This document shows positions 18,316-25,567 of a DNA stretch of 64,000 nt, piece after piece (within the stretch, counting starts at the first letter, position 1; each line of letters begins with the position of its first letter). Under the pieces are notes generated by a model that worked only from the letters and a program-made list of their open reading frames with translations, was not told where the DNA came from and made no database searches. Both the position numbers and the translations under genes were made by a program. Source of the stretch: Eubacterium sp. (GTDB taxonomy: Bacteria > Bacillota > Clostridia > Christensenellales > CAG-314); contig CAVJWC010000001.1 in NCBI GenBank assembly GCA_963653425.1, positions 279,430-343,429 on the forward strand, given 5' to 3'.

Positions 18316-18329
18316 CCATTCTGAGCCAC
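18305..18329 (-). promoter_or_regulatory. Candidate MraZ operator (three direct repeats at 10-bp period)
   Basis: Minus strand GTGGCT-CAGA-ATGGTT-GACA-ATGGCT, i.e. three TGG(C/T)T boxes exactly 10 bp apart (plus-strand gccac/accat/gccat at 18325, 18315, 18305). They overlap the -35. This matches the known MraZ-box layout of TGGGN-like repeats with 5-nt spacers. Confidence 0.65.
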
Positions 18330-18619
18330 TTTGAACAAATTTTTTTACTTTTTTTGTGTAAAAAATGGGAACGAATTCCAGAAAAGTTTTTTATTAAACG
18401 TTTGAGTTATTAAAAAACCCGATTTTATCGACCAAACGTTCACTTCGCGCAGAACTCAAACGGTTGTTTTATCGCTTTTAATTTAATTATACATTTGTGC
18501 GATTAAGTGAGTTTTTCGTGGGAAAAAGACAAATTTCGGAACAAAAACAAAGTTGCACGCGAAAAAAAACAAACGAGAATATCTGCCGTTACTTACTGCC
18601 GTAAACGAAAAATTTGCGT

Positions 18620-18656
18620 AAAAAAAATCCCGACCTTCTTTAAGGGAAATCGGGAT
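18620..18656 (-). terminator. Intrinsic terminator downstream of recN
   Basis: Minus strand ATCCCGA-(16-nt loop)-TCGGGAT followed by TTTTTTTT. Confidence 0.6.
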
Positions 18657-18790
18657 AAAAGAATTTGATTTTATAAAAGTTTAAGAGTAAAACGACCTTC
18701 GTACAAATTATGTAAATCGGTAACGTAGCTACGTTGTCCGAATGCTTAAACCTGTCGGGTTATTATATTACCGCGGTTGTCAGGGCATAC

Positions 18791-18863
18791 GAATTGCAAC
18801 AACCTGTCGGACGCCGGAATTACTTTCGGATTGCAACAACCTGCCTATGGCGAATTACTGCGG
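18791..18863. repeat. Two copies of a roughly 37-bp direct repeat overlapping the recN stop
   Basis: ATTGCAACAACCTG at 18793 and 18830; GAATTACT at 18818 and 18852. The second copy includes the recN stop codon (18855-18857). Confidence 0.75.
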
Positions 18864-20540
18864 TTTATTGAGGGCTTCGATAAGTTCTTTTGCGTAAAGA
18901 AGGGAATGTTCTCCGCGTTCTCCTCCGCAAAGACGGGCGACTTCTTTTATTTTCTCTTCGGAATCGAGACGTTTTATAAATGTCTGCGTTTTTTCGTCCA
19001 CGACGCTCTTGGAAATCAGGAAATTGGCGTCCGCCATAGCAGCAAGCTGAGGAAGATGCGTAATAACCACGCACTGAACGGTGGACGAGATTTTTTTGAG
19101 CTTTTTTGCGACTTTCAAAGCCATTTCGCCCGATATGCCCGTGTCGATTTCGTCGAAAACCATAATCGCGACGCCTTCGATACGCGCGGATATGCTCTTT
19201 ACAGCCAACATAAAACGCGACATTTCACCGCCTGAAATAACCTTGATAAGAGGTTTAAGAGGTTCGCCTTTATTTGCGGACATAAAAAATTCGGCTTTAT
19301 CGAAACCGTTTGCGGAAACGGACGACGCGTAAGTTTCAAAATCGGGGACTTCGTTGAATTCGGCGGAAAAAACGGCGTTTTCCATTCCGAGATCTTTGAG
19401 TTCGTTTTCGACTTCCTTGCAAAAGAGAGTTGCGGATTCTTTACGGAAATCGCTTATATCCTTTGCAATCAGGTACATCTTTTCGAGAAGGGCGCGTTTT
19501 TCATTTTCGAGCTTTTCGATAGCCTCGGAAGCGTTTTCGAGAGCGGAAAGTTCCGAGCGCGCATTTTCGCAGAAAGCAAGAACTTCCTCCACGGAATTAC
19601 CGTACTTGCGTTTGAGATTTCTTATCAAAGTCAACCGCTCTTCCACTTCCGCAAGACGGTCTTCGTTAAATTCGTTGTTTTCGATATAGGTTTCAAGCTC
19701 TCCGCCTATGTCGTTGATTTCGAAATTCAGACTTTCTATCCTTCCGTAAAGACTTTCGAGCGAAGAATCGAAACGCATTGCGCTTCTGCACTCTCCCAGA
19801 GCTTCGGAAATTCTGTCGAAAGCGGAAAGTTCACCCGTTAAAGCGTTGAGCGCGGACGAAATGTTTTCTTTGATTTTTTCGGCGTTGACGATGGCAAGTC
19901 TTTCGTCGGAAAGTTTTTCTTCTTCGCCGACAGTCAAATCTGCGGACTCGATTTCGTTTATCTGATAATTCAGAAGGTCAGTCGTTCTCGCTCTCTGAGC
20001 CTGATCTCCGCCGTAGGTTTTAAGCTCCGCGAGAACCTTACAAAGCTTGGCGTATTCCTGATTTAATCGGGGCAAAAGCGGACAAGTCCTGTATCCGTCG
20101 ATAACTCCCAGATGACTTTCGCGACGCAGAAGATTGAGATGTTCGCTTTGTCCGAATATATCGATAAGAAAAGCCGCGACGTTCCTTAAAACGTTAAGCG
20201 TGGTAAGCCTGCCGTTGATTCGGATTTCGCTTTTACCGCCTACGGACATCATTCTCGATATTATAACTTTGCCCTCTTCGGGTTCGAAACCGTTTTCCGA
20301 AAGCGCGTTCCGGGCAACGGAAGAGTCTTCGAGTTCAAAAACAGCCTGCACGAGAGCCTTTTCTTCACCCGATTTTATAAGGCTTTTGTCCGCTCTGTCT
20401 CCCAGAACGAAAGACAGCGAATCTATTATTATCGACTTACCCGAACCCGTTTCTCCGCTAAGACAATTAAGGCCTGCGGTAAAGTCCACGGTAAGCTCTT
20501 TTATCAGCGCGATATTGTTTACGTAAAGCTCTGTCAGCAT
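18855..20540 (-). CDS. recN: DNA repair protein RecN
   Basis: 561 aa; N-terminal Walker A (LSGETGSGKSIIIDSL), long coiled-coil, C-terminal SMC-like signature (ISGGEMSRFMLA; MVFDEIDTGISG). argR-recN synteny as in Bacillus ahrC-recN. Confidence 0.95.
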   Translation of the reverse strand: MLTELYVNNIALIKELTVDFTAGLNCLSGETGSGKSIIIDSLSFVLGDRADKSLIKSGEEKALVQAVFELEDSSVARNALSENGFEPEEGKVIISRMMSVGGKSEIRINGRLTTLNVLRNVAAFLIDIFGQSEHLNLLRRESHLGVIDGYRTCPLLPRLNQEYAKLCKVLAELKTYGGDQAQRARTTDLLNYQINEIESADLTVGEEEKLSDERLAIVNAEKIKENISSALNALTGELSAFDRISEALGECRSAMRFDSSLESLYGRIESLNFEINDIGGELETYIENNEFNEDRLAEVEERLTLIRNLKRKYGNSVEEVLAFCENARSELSALENASEAIEKLENEKRALLEKMYLIAKDISDFRKESATLFCKEVENELKDLGMENAVFSAEFNEVPDFETYASSVSANGFDKAEFFMSANKGEPLKPLIKVISGGEMSRFMLAVKSISARIEGVAIMVFDEIDTGISGEMALKVAKKLKKISSTVQCVVITHLPQLAAMADANFLISKSVVDEKTQTFIKRLDSEEKIKEVARLCGGERGEHSLLYAKELIEALNKPQ

Positions 20541-20562
20541 TTTTTGCCTCTGCTTCTTAACT

Positions 20563-21021
20563 TTAAGATTTAATTAAATCGGAAAGTTTACCTTCGAGTT
20601 CGAGGGCGTTTTCTTCCTTTCCGCAGATAACTATAAGAAGGTCTGCGCCGGCAAGCGTACCTATCATAAGGGGCGAATTAAGCTGATCTATAACGTTGGC
20701 GACAGCGCCCGCGCTTCCGGGAAGAGTTCTCACGACTATAAGATTATTGACCGTAACTACCGAAAGAACGGCTTCCTTGAAAAGACTTATAAGCTTACCC
20801 GGGATCTTATTGTCGGCGGTTTTCATGGTGGAATATTTGTACTTTCCGCTGTCCGTCATGGTTTTGATAAGTCCGAGTTCTTTAATATCTCTCGACACGG
20901 TAGCCTGAGTTACGCTTATTCCGGAAGCTATAAGTTCCGCAACCAGCTCTTCCTGCGTTTCTATATCCTTGCTTTTGATAATATCCAGAATTTTCGACTG
21001 TCTTGTGCTTCTTGACATCAT
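20563..21021 (-). CDS. argR: Arginine repressor ArgR/AhrC
   Basis: 152 aa; winged-helix RQSKILDIIKSKDIETQEELVAEL...VTQATVSRDIKELGL and C-terminal oligomerisation domain with GTLAGADLLIV. Confidence 0.93.
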   Translation of the reverse strand: MMSRSTRQSKILDIIKSKDIETQEELVAELIASGISVTQATVSRDIKELGLIKTMTDSGKYKYSTMKTADNKIPGKLISLFKEAVLSVVTVNNLIVVRTLPGSAGAVANVIDQLNSPLMIGTLAGADLLIVICGKEENALELEGKLSDLIKS

Positions 21022-21126
21022 TTTCTCCCTTTTTACGTCGCAAGCAACAAAACGGACAGCCCGTAGCCCCTCCGTTTTACTTGCAGACTTTTGTACGCAT
21101 TCGCGATTTTATTGCTCCGTGTCGGT

Positions 21127-21155
21127 ATTATACCGTATTTTTTTATAAAAGTCAA
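21127..21155 (-). promoter_or_regulatory. Sigma-A type promoter of argR-recN
   Basis: Minus strand TTGACT - 17 nt - TATAAT. Confidence 0.7.
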
Positions 21156-21170
21156 GGTTATAACGGGAAT

Positions 21171-21188
21171 AATGAATATTTATTCAAA
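21171..21188. promoter_or_regulatory. ARG box (ArgR operator)
   Basis: Minus strand TTTGAATAAATATTCATT matches the 18-bp ARG-box consensus TNTGAATWWWWATTCANW at every specified position. It lies about 15 bp upstream of the argR -35. Confidence 0.7.
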
Positions 21189-21247
21189 TAAGCCTATAAA
21201 ATTATTTATTCTTTCGGTACCACGATAACAGAGTTTTCGCGTTGCGA

Positions 21248-21577
21248 CTACCTGGCTTTGGCTTTTTTAGGCTTCTTGGGTTTCGGAATCGGCGTAAGTT
21301 CGTAAAGCAACGGCACGACTTCTTCTGCAAGTTCTCTGTTTTCAACGTCAAGTATATAGTGTTCTCTCGCGCCGTCGAAAGGATAACCGCATTCGGCGTT
21401 ACTCATAAGCCCTGCAAGTTCGGGGAATTTCTTTATATAAACAACGTCGTCGCAAATAAGAAAAATCGGCTTATCTTTGACGTAAACGCAATAATTCCCG
21501 AACATCTTTATGTAGCGCACCTCAAAACCGTGCAGACATTCGCACACGAACCCGACGTAACTTCTGTCGCTCGCCAT
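21248..21577 (-). CDS. TfoX N-terminal domain-like protein
   Basis: 109 aa from MASDRSYVGFVCECL... with ...RYIKMFGNYCVYVKDKPIFLICDDVVYIK, resembling the TfoX_N pattern (MFGg.g.y..g..f..i.dd.ly.K). Lys/Pro-rich C-terminal tail. The ORF-track start at 21637 is probably too far upstream. Confidence 0.55.
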   Translation of the reverse strand: MASDRSYVGFVCECLHGFEVRYIKMFGNYCVYVKDKPIFLICDDVVYIKKFPELAGLMSNAECGYPFDGAREHYILDVENRELAEEVVPLLYELTPIPKPKKPKKAKAR

Positions 21578-21650
21578 AAAATTCCCTCCCTTTTCGGTTC
21601 CGTTTTTATCGACGGCATTTTTATTATTATAGCACAATAAAAAACTCTGC

Positions 21651-21769
21651 GCAACGGAAAGCTTACGGTAACGAAAACTTACGGCAACGGAAAAGGCTAC
21701 GGAAACGGAAAGCTACCGCGCCGGGAAACTTACGGAAATAAGGAAAATTCACGGCAAGAAGAACTTACG
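21651..21769. repeat. Degenerate tandem array, 7 units of 16-19 bp
   Basis: GCAACGGAAAGCTTACG / GTAACGAAAACTTACG / GCAACGGAAAAGGCTACG / GAAACGGAAAGCTACCG / CGCCGGGAAACTTACG / GAAATAAGGAAAATTCACG / GCAAGAAGAACTTACG. Purine-rich on the plus strand. Lies between the cotF-like terminator and the tfoX-like gene. Confidence 0.8.
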
Positions 21770-21775
21770 GCAATG

Positions 21776-21801
21776 AAAAAAGACGCCTTTTATAGCGTCT
21801 T
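21776..21801 (-). terminator. Intrinsic terminator after the CotF-like gene
   Basis: Minus strand AAGACGC-TATAAAAG-GCGTCTT followed by TTTTTT. Confidence 0.7.
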
Positions 21802-21884
21802 TAAGCGTTTATAAAACGTCGTTTTTTAGTTGCGTATCGTTTTTATAAATCCGCAAACGACGGCGTTATTACATAACAGTCTTT

Positions 21885-22337
21885 TTATGCAACCATATCG
21901 TTGGCGACTTTGTACTTCCAGAGCATTTCGGCGTGGTTCTGCTCGTCGGTCATAATGGCGTTAAGGACGTTTCTGACTTCGGTGGAAGCAAAATAAAACA
22001 GGTCGTTGTTGTAGTCTATGGCAACGTACTTTTCGGTGGCGATAAGGTCGGTGCAAAGGAATTTATCGAACTCTTTTTCTTCCTGAGTTCCGCCGTGAGA
22101 AACCGTAGGCTCGTATTTTTCGGAAACAGACGAACGCGCGGACTTGGGAATTTCGCCCGCAAGAAGCTTTTCGAGCATTTCAAGGTGCTTCTCTTCTTTG
22201 TTTTTAAGCGTTTTCAGCAGTTTTTTAAGTTCGGAATCCTTCGCCTGTTCGGCATAAAATCCGTACTTGCTTACGCAAAGCCGTTCCTGATTTTTGAGTT
22301 CGGTGATAAGTTGGGTTTCTTTCTGATTAAGCTTCAT
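21885..22337 (-). CDS. Spore coat protein, CotF-like (Coat_F domain)
   Basis: 150 aa four-helix-type protein. ETQLITELKNQERLCVSKYGFYAEQAKDSELKKLL and DLIATEKYVAIDYNNDLFYFASTEVRNVLNAIMTDEQNHAEMLWKY resemble Coat_F family repeats. Confidence 0.6.
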   Translation of the reverse strand: MKLNQKETQLITELKNQERLCVSKYGFYAEQAKDSELKKLLKTLKNKEEKHLEMLEKLLAGEIPKSARSSVSEKYEPTVSHGGTQEEKEFDKFLCTDLIATEKYVAIDYNNDLFYFASTEVRNVLNAIMTDEQNHAEMLWKYKVANDMVA

Positions 22338-22524
22338 GATATTTCGCGGAATACTCCGCTCTCCTTGTTTTTTATATTGTTATCGACAACAAAAAGGATT
22401 TTTATTCAGACTTAAAGGAGAAAGTTCGGGTTTACTTTATAGCGCGGGCTTTTGATATAAAGAGCGACGAAGCAAACGTTACGCAAACGCATAAAGATGT
22501 CGGAATTCACGCACGAAAACGCAT

Positions 22525-22555
22525 AAAAAACGCCTCCGAAAGACTTCGGAAGCGT
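22525..22555 (-). terminator. Intrinsic terminator after the LRR lipoprotein gene
   Basis: Minus strand ACGCTTCCGAA-GTCT-TTCGGAGGCGT (11-bp stem with one G-U) followed by TTTTTT. Confidence 0.7.
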
Positions 22556-22596
22556 TGTTTATAGTTTTTTAAGCTTGTCCTATAAGGCAGAAGCGA

Positions 22597-23496
22597 TTAT
22601 TTCGTTACGCCCCATTCAACCGTAAGACCGAGAGGATTCCAGTTGGAATTCCACGTTGCAGGCTGGAATTCAGCTTCACAGCTGATAAGTTCTACCGCTT
22701 CGCAACCTGAGAATACGGTCGTACCCATCTTAACTACGCTTGCGGGAATGTAAACGGTCTTAAGCGACGTGCAACGTGCAAATACGCTCGTTCCGATTTC
22801 GGTAACGGATTCGGGAATAACGAGGTCAACCAAACCGAGACAACCGTAGAAAGCGTTGTTGCCGATAGTGGTAATAGAATCGGAAATGAAATCGAGATTG
22901 GTAAGAGCGTCGCAACTGGTGAAAGCGTTGTTGCCTATAGCGGTAACGCCTTCGGGAAGAACGACTTCTTCAAGCTTTTCGCAGTTCGAGAAAATAGCCT
23001 GAGGAACTACGGTGAAGCCCGATTTGATTTCGATCTTTTTAAGCGATCTGCAGGATTGGAAAGCGTTCTTGCCGATATATTTTACGGATTTGGGTATATT
23101 GATCGTAGTAAGATTGGTGCATCCTACGAATGCGGAATCGCCTATATATTCCATGGTTTCGGGCAGAACGACGGTTTCCACCGTACAATCTTTGAAAGCT
23201 CCGCCTTCGATCTTAGTGATACCTTCGGATATGGTAACTTTTTTAAGGTTGTCCGCGTCTTTTAACGCATAAATGCCGATGGTCGTAACGGTTTCGATAT
23301 TTTCGCCTTCGCCGAAAGATGCGGGAATAACGAGTTCGGATTTCTTTTTACCTTCTTCGGTAAGACCGGTTATACGGCCGTTACTGAAAACAAACGTTTC
23401 GTCCGTCAGACCTTCTTTCTTACAGGACGCTAAAACGAACACCATGCACAGTACGGCAAGAAGCAGTACGGCAAATTTCAAGTTCTTTTTACTCAC
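22597..23496 (-). CDS. BspA-type leucine-rich repeat (LRR_5) lipoprotein
   Basis: 299 aa. GTG start with GGAGG 7 nt upstream. Lipobox VLASC. Repeated I..IG..AF..C..L..I.IP motifs typical of BspA-like LRR_5 proteins. Confidence 0.75.
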   Translation of the reverse strand: MSKKNLKFAVLLLAVLCMVFVLASCKKEGLTDETFVFSNGRITGLTEEGKKKSELVIPASFGEGENIETVTTIGIYALKDADNLKKVTISEGITKIEGGAFKDCTVETVVLPETMEYIGDSAFVGCTNLTTINIPKSVKYIGKNAFQSCRSLKKIEIKSGFTVVPQAIFSNCEKLEEVVLPEGVTAIGNNAFTSCDALTNLDFISDSITTIGNNAFYGCLGLVDLVIPESVTEIGTSVFARCTSLKTVYIPASVVKMGTTVFSGCEAVELISCEAEFQPATWNSNWNPLGLTVEWGVTK

Positions 23497-23706
23497 TTTT
23501 TTCCTCCATAATTCATAGCCGTTCAGCCGTCGGCGAAAAGCTATTTTTTAACTTAAACGTAATTGTTTCCGCTTGGGAATCGCGCCTTTTACGGAAGGAC
23601 GCAGACCGACGATTAAAGTTCCTTAACGCAAAGCCGTTTGCCTTAAAACCACGTGCTTTCAAGTAAAAAGCGCAGTAAAAACAAGGTAACCTCGCGTTAC
23701 TAATGT

Positions 23707-23735
23707 ATTTTATCATATTCCGCCGAAGATGTCAA
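23707..23735 (-). promoter_or_regulatory. Sigma-A type promoter upstream of the LRR lipoprotein gene
   Basis: Minus strand TTGACA - 17 nt - TAAAAT with TGA (extended -10). Implies a 5' UTR of about 200 nt. Confidence 0.6.
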
Positions 23736-23822
23736 CGACAATTCGCATTTTTTATCTTTTTTTAAGGGATAAAATGGACGCCGTTTCACTATGGAACGCT
23801 GACGATCAACACTTCCGGAAAC

Positions 23823-25067
23823 CTATTCGGGAAGCTTTTCGGGATCGAGAACTTTGACTTCGACTTCGGTAATACGATGCTCCTCTACTTTCAGGACCTT
23901 AACGCTGAGGTTTTCGTAGGTGAAGCTGTCGCCTTGCTCGGGCGTACCGTCAAGCATTTCGGTTACCCAACCGCCCACGGAAATCATTTCCGATTCGCCC
24001 TTTACGTGGAAGGCTTTTTTGAAGTCGTCGAAACTCATTCCGCCGTCGACTACGAAAACGTCTCCGCCCTTTCTGGTGATGTCCGTTTCGAGTTCGTCGT
24101 GTTCGTCCCAGATTTCTCCTACGAGTTCTTCGAGAATGTCTTCCATGGTGACGATTCCCAGCGTTCCTCCGTATTCGTCCACCACTACCGCAAGATGCGT
24201 TTTAGCTTTCTGCAGCTTTTTAAGAAGTCGGCTTACGGGTTCGTCTTCGGGAACGAAAATAACGGGAGAGATAATCTCCTCTATTTTCTTATCGGTAATT
24301 CCGCTACCGACGTAAAAGTCTTTCTGGTGAACCGTTCCGACGATATTGTCTATGGTGTCGTTATAAATGAGAAGACGCGAAAACTTGGTTTCTTCGAACA
24401 TCCTGGCTATTTCGGATTTTTCCGAATCGATGGGAAGAGCGGCAAGTTCCACTCTGTGAACGAGAATGTCTTTGGCTTCCTGTTCGGTAAATTCTATCGC
24501 GTTTTTAAGAAGGTCGCTTTCGTTTTTATCTATGCTTCCGTCCTTCTGAACTTCGTCCACAAGCATAAGCAATTCTTCCTGCGACATTTTATTGTCGGGC
24601 TGAAGATGGAAAATCTTGGTGAGCAGTTTTTTCCAACCCGAGAATATGAAGTTCAACGGCATAAAAATCCATATGAGAACTCTTAAAATCGGCGCGGAAA
24701 ACATTGCGAATTTCTCTGCACAGTCTTTGGCTATGCTTTTGGGCGAAATTTCTCCGAATATAAGTACGACTACCGTACAAACGACGGTCGAAACGGTTGC
24801 TCCCACGTCGCCCAATTGTTTGACGAAAAGAATCGTGCCTATAGAAGCCAAAGTAATATTGACGATGTTGTTTCCTATAAGAATAGTTGAAATCAGTCTG
24901 TCGTATTTTTCACTTAGTTTTATTGCAAGCGCGGCTTTTTTGTTTCCGTTTTCCGCAAGAGTTTTTACTTTGGTTTTGTTCATCGAAGAAAACGCCGTTT
25001 CGGTCGCCGAAAAGTACGCCGAAAAGACGAGACAAACAAACATTATCAGAATATAAGTTACAGTCAT
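23823..25067 (-). CDS. CNNM/CorC-family (hemolysin-like) membrane protein: DUF21 + CBS pair + CorC_HlyC
   Basis: 414 aa. Four N-terminal TM helices, a CBS pair (VHRVELAAL...IVGTVHQKDF; HLAVVVDEYGGTLGIVTMEDILEELVGEI) and a C-terminal transporter-associated domain. Confidence 0.88.
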   Translation of the reverse strand: MTVTYILIMFVCLVFSAYFSATETAFSSMNKTKVKTLAENGNKKAALAIKLSEKYDRLISTILIGNNIVNITLASIGTILFVKQLGDVGATVSTVVCTVVVLIFGEISPKSIAKDCAEKFAMFSAPILRVLIWIFMPLNFIFSGWKKLLTKIFHLQPDNKMSQEELLMLVDEVQKDGSIDKNESDLLKNAIEFTEQEAKDILVHRVELAALPIDSEKSEIARMFEETKFSRLLIYNDTIDNIVGTVHQKDFYVGSGITDKKIEEIISPVIFVPEDEPVSRLLKKLQKAKTHLAVVVDEYGGTLGIVTMEDILEELVGEIWDEHDELETDITRKGGDVFVVDGGMSFDDFKKAFHVKGESEMISVGGWVTEMLDGTPEQGDSFTYENLSVKVLKVEEHRITEVEVKVLDPEKLPE

Positions 25068-25126
25068 AGTATCCTCACGTTTCAGGTTAATTCGTTTTTA
25101 AGAATATAAAACGCTTTTATAAGCGC

Positions 25127-25165
25127 AAAAAGACATACCTGCGTTTTTTAGCGTGCAGATATGTC
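25127..25165 (-). terminator. Terminator hairpin inside the CNNM gene leader (candidate attenuator)
   Basis: Minus strand GACATATCTGC-(12-nt loop)-GCAGGTATGTC (11 bp, one G-U) followed by TTTTT, about 60 nt upstream of the CNNM start. A separate terminator for the upstream gene exists at 25409-25441. Confidence 0.6.
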
Positions 25166-25408
25166 CTCAAAAACGAATAAACGGGAAGATGGTAAGGGTT
25201 ACCGTCGCCGTCACTATCCATAATAGCAGATTTCCTCCGTTGAAAGCTACTTCTTTTCTTTATCACCCGCATTTCGTTTTTTGGTGACAAAAGAACGCCA
25301 AGCTTCCTTATTTAAGGCGAATTATAACAGAAAAGCGTCCCGTTGTCAAGGATTATAAATCTGAAAGCGGAAAAATTTTTGTCTTTTACAAGCAGGTAAC
25401 AACTAAGC

Positions 25409-25441
25409 AAAAAAGTTCCGCCGAAGAAACGTCGACGGAAC
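25409..25441 (-). terminator. Intrinsic terminator after the S8 peptidase gene
   Basis: Minus strand GTTCCGTCG-(9-nt loop)-CGGCGGAAC followed by TTTTTT. Confidence 0.7.
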
Positions 25442-25567
25442 TTTTACTCTTTAAGTTTCGGCTCCTCTTCCGTCGTAATCAGAATATACATTACGAATGA
25501 GATTGCCTTATAAATTACGACCGAGACAGTATGCAAGTCGCTTGTTTTGGTTGGTTTGGTTTTTCTG

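Noticed and set aside
18399-18462. 10-bp inverted repeat CGTTTGAGTT ... AACTCAAACG with a 44-nt loop, upstream of the mraZ promoter
   Set aside because: It is an isolated stem with a large loop and no U-run, in an AT-rich spacer. Evidence is insufficient to call an RNA or an operator.
21022-21884. OLE RNA or another large ncRNA near argR-recN, as in the Bacillus/Clostridia ispA-OLE-oapA-dxs...ahrC-recN neighbourhood
   Set aside because: The usual flanking genes (xseAB, ispA, oapA, dxs) are absent. The noncoding stretches here are under 310 bp and are occupied by a promoter, an ARG box, a repeat array and a terminator.
25117-25221. 34-codon ORF in the CNNM leader as an annotated gene
   Set aside because: It is too short and unsupported to call as a feature. 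It is kept only as a hypothesis within the leader finding.
25068-25330. M-box (Mg2+) riboswitch upstream of the CNNM/CorC gene
   Set aside because: I could not find the conserved M-box blocks (GUUAGGUGAGGC, ACGCUAAUGGGUC and others) by eye. The leader also seems too short for the 160-nt aptamer. A covariance-model search is needed to be sure.
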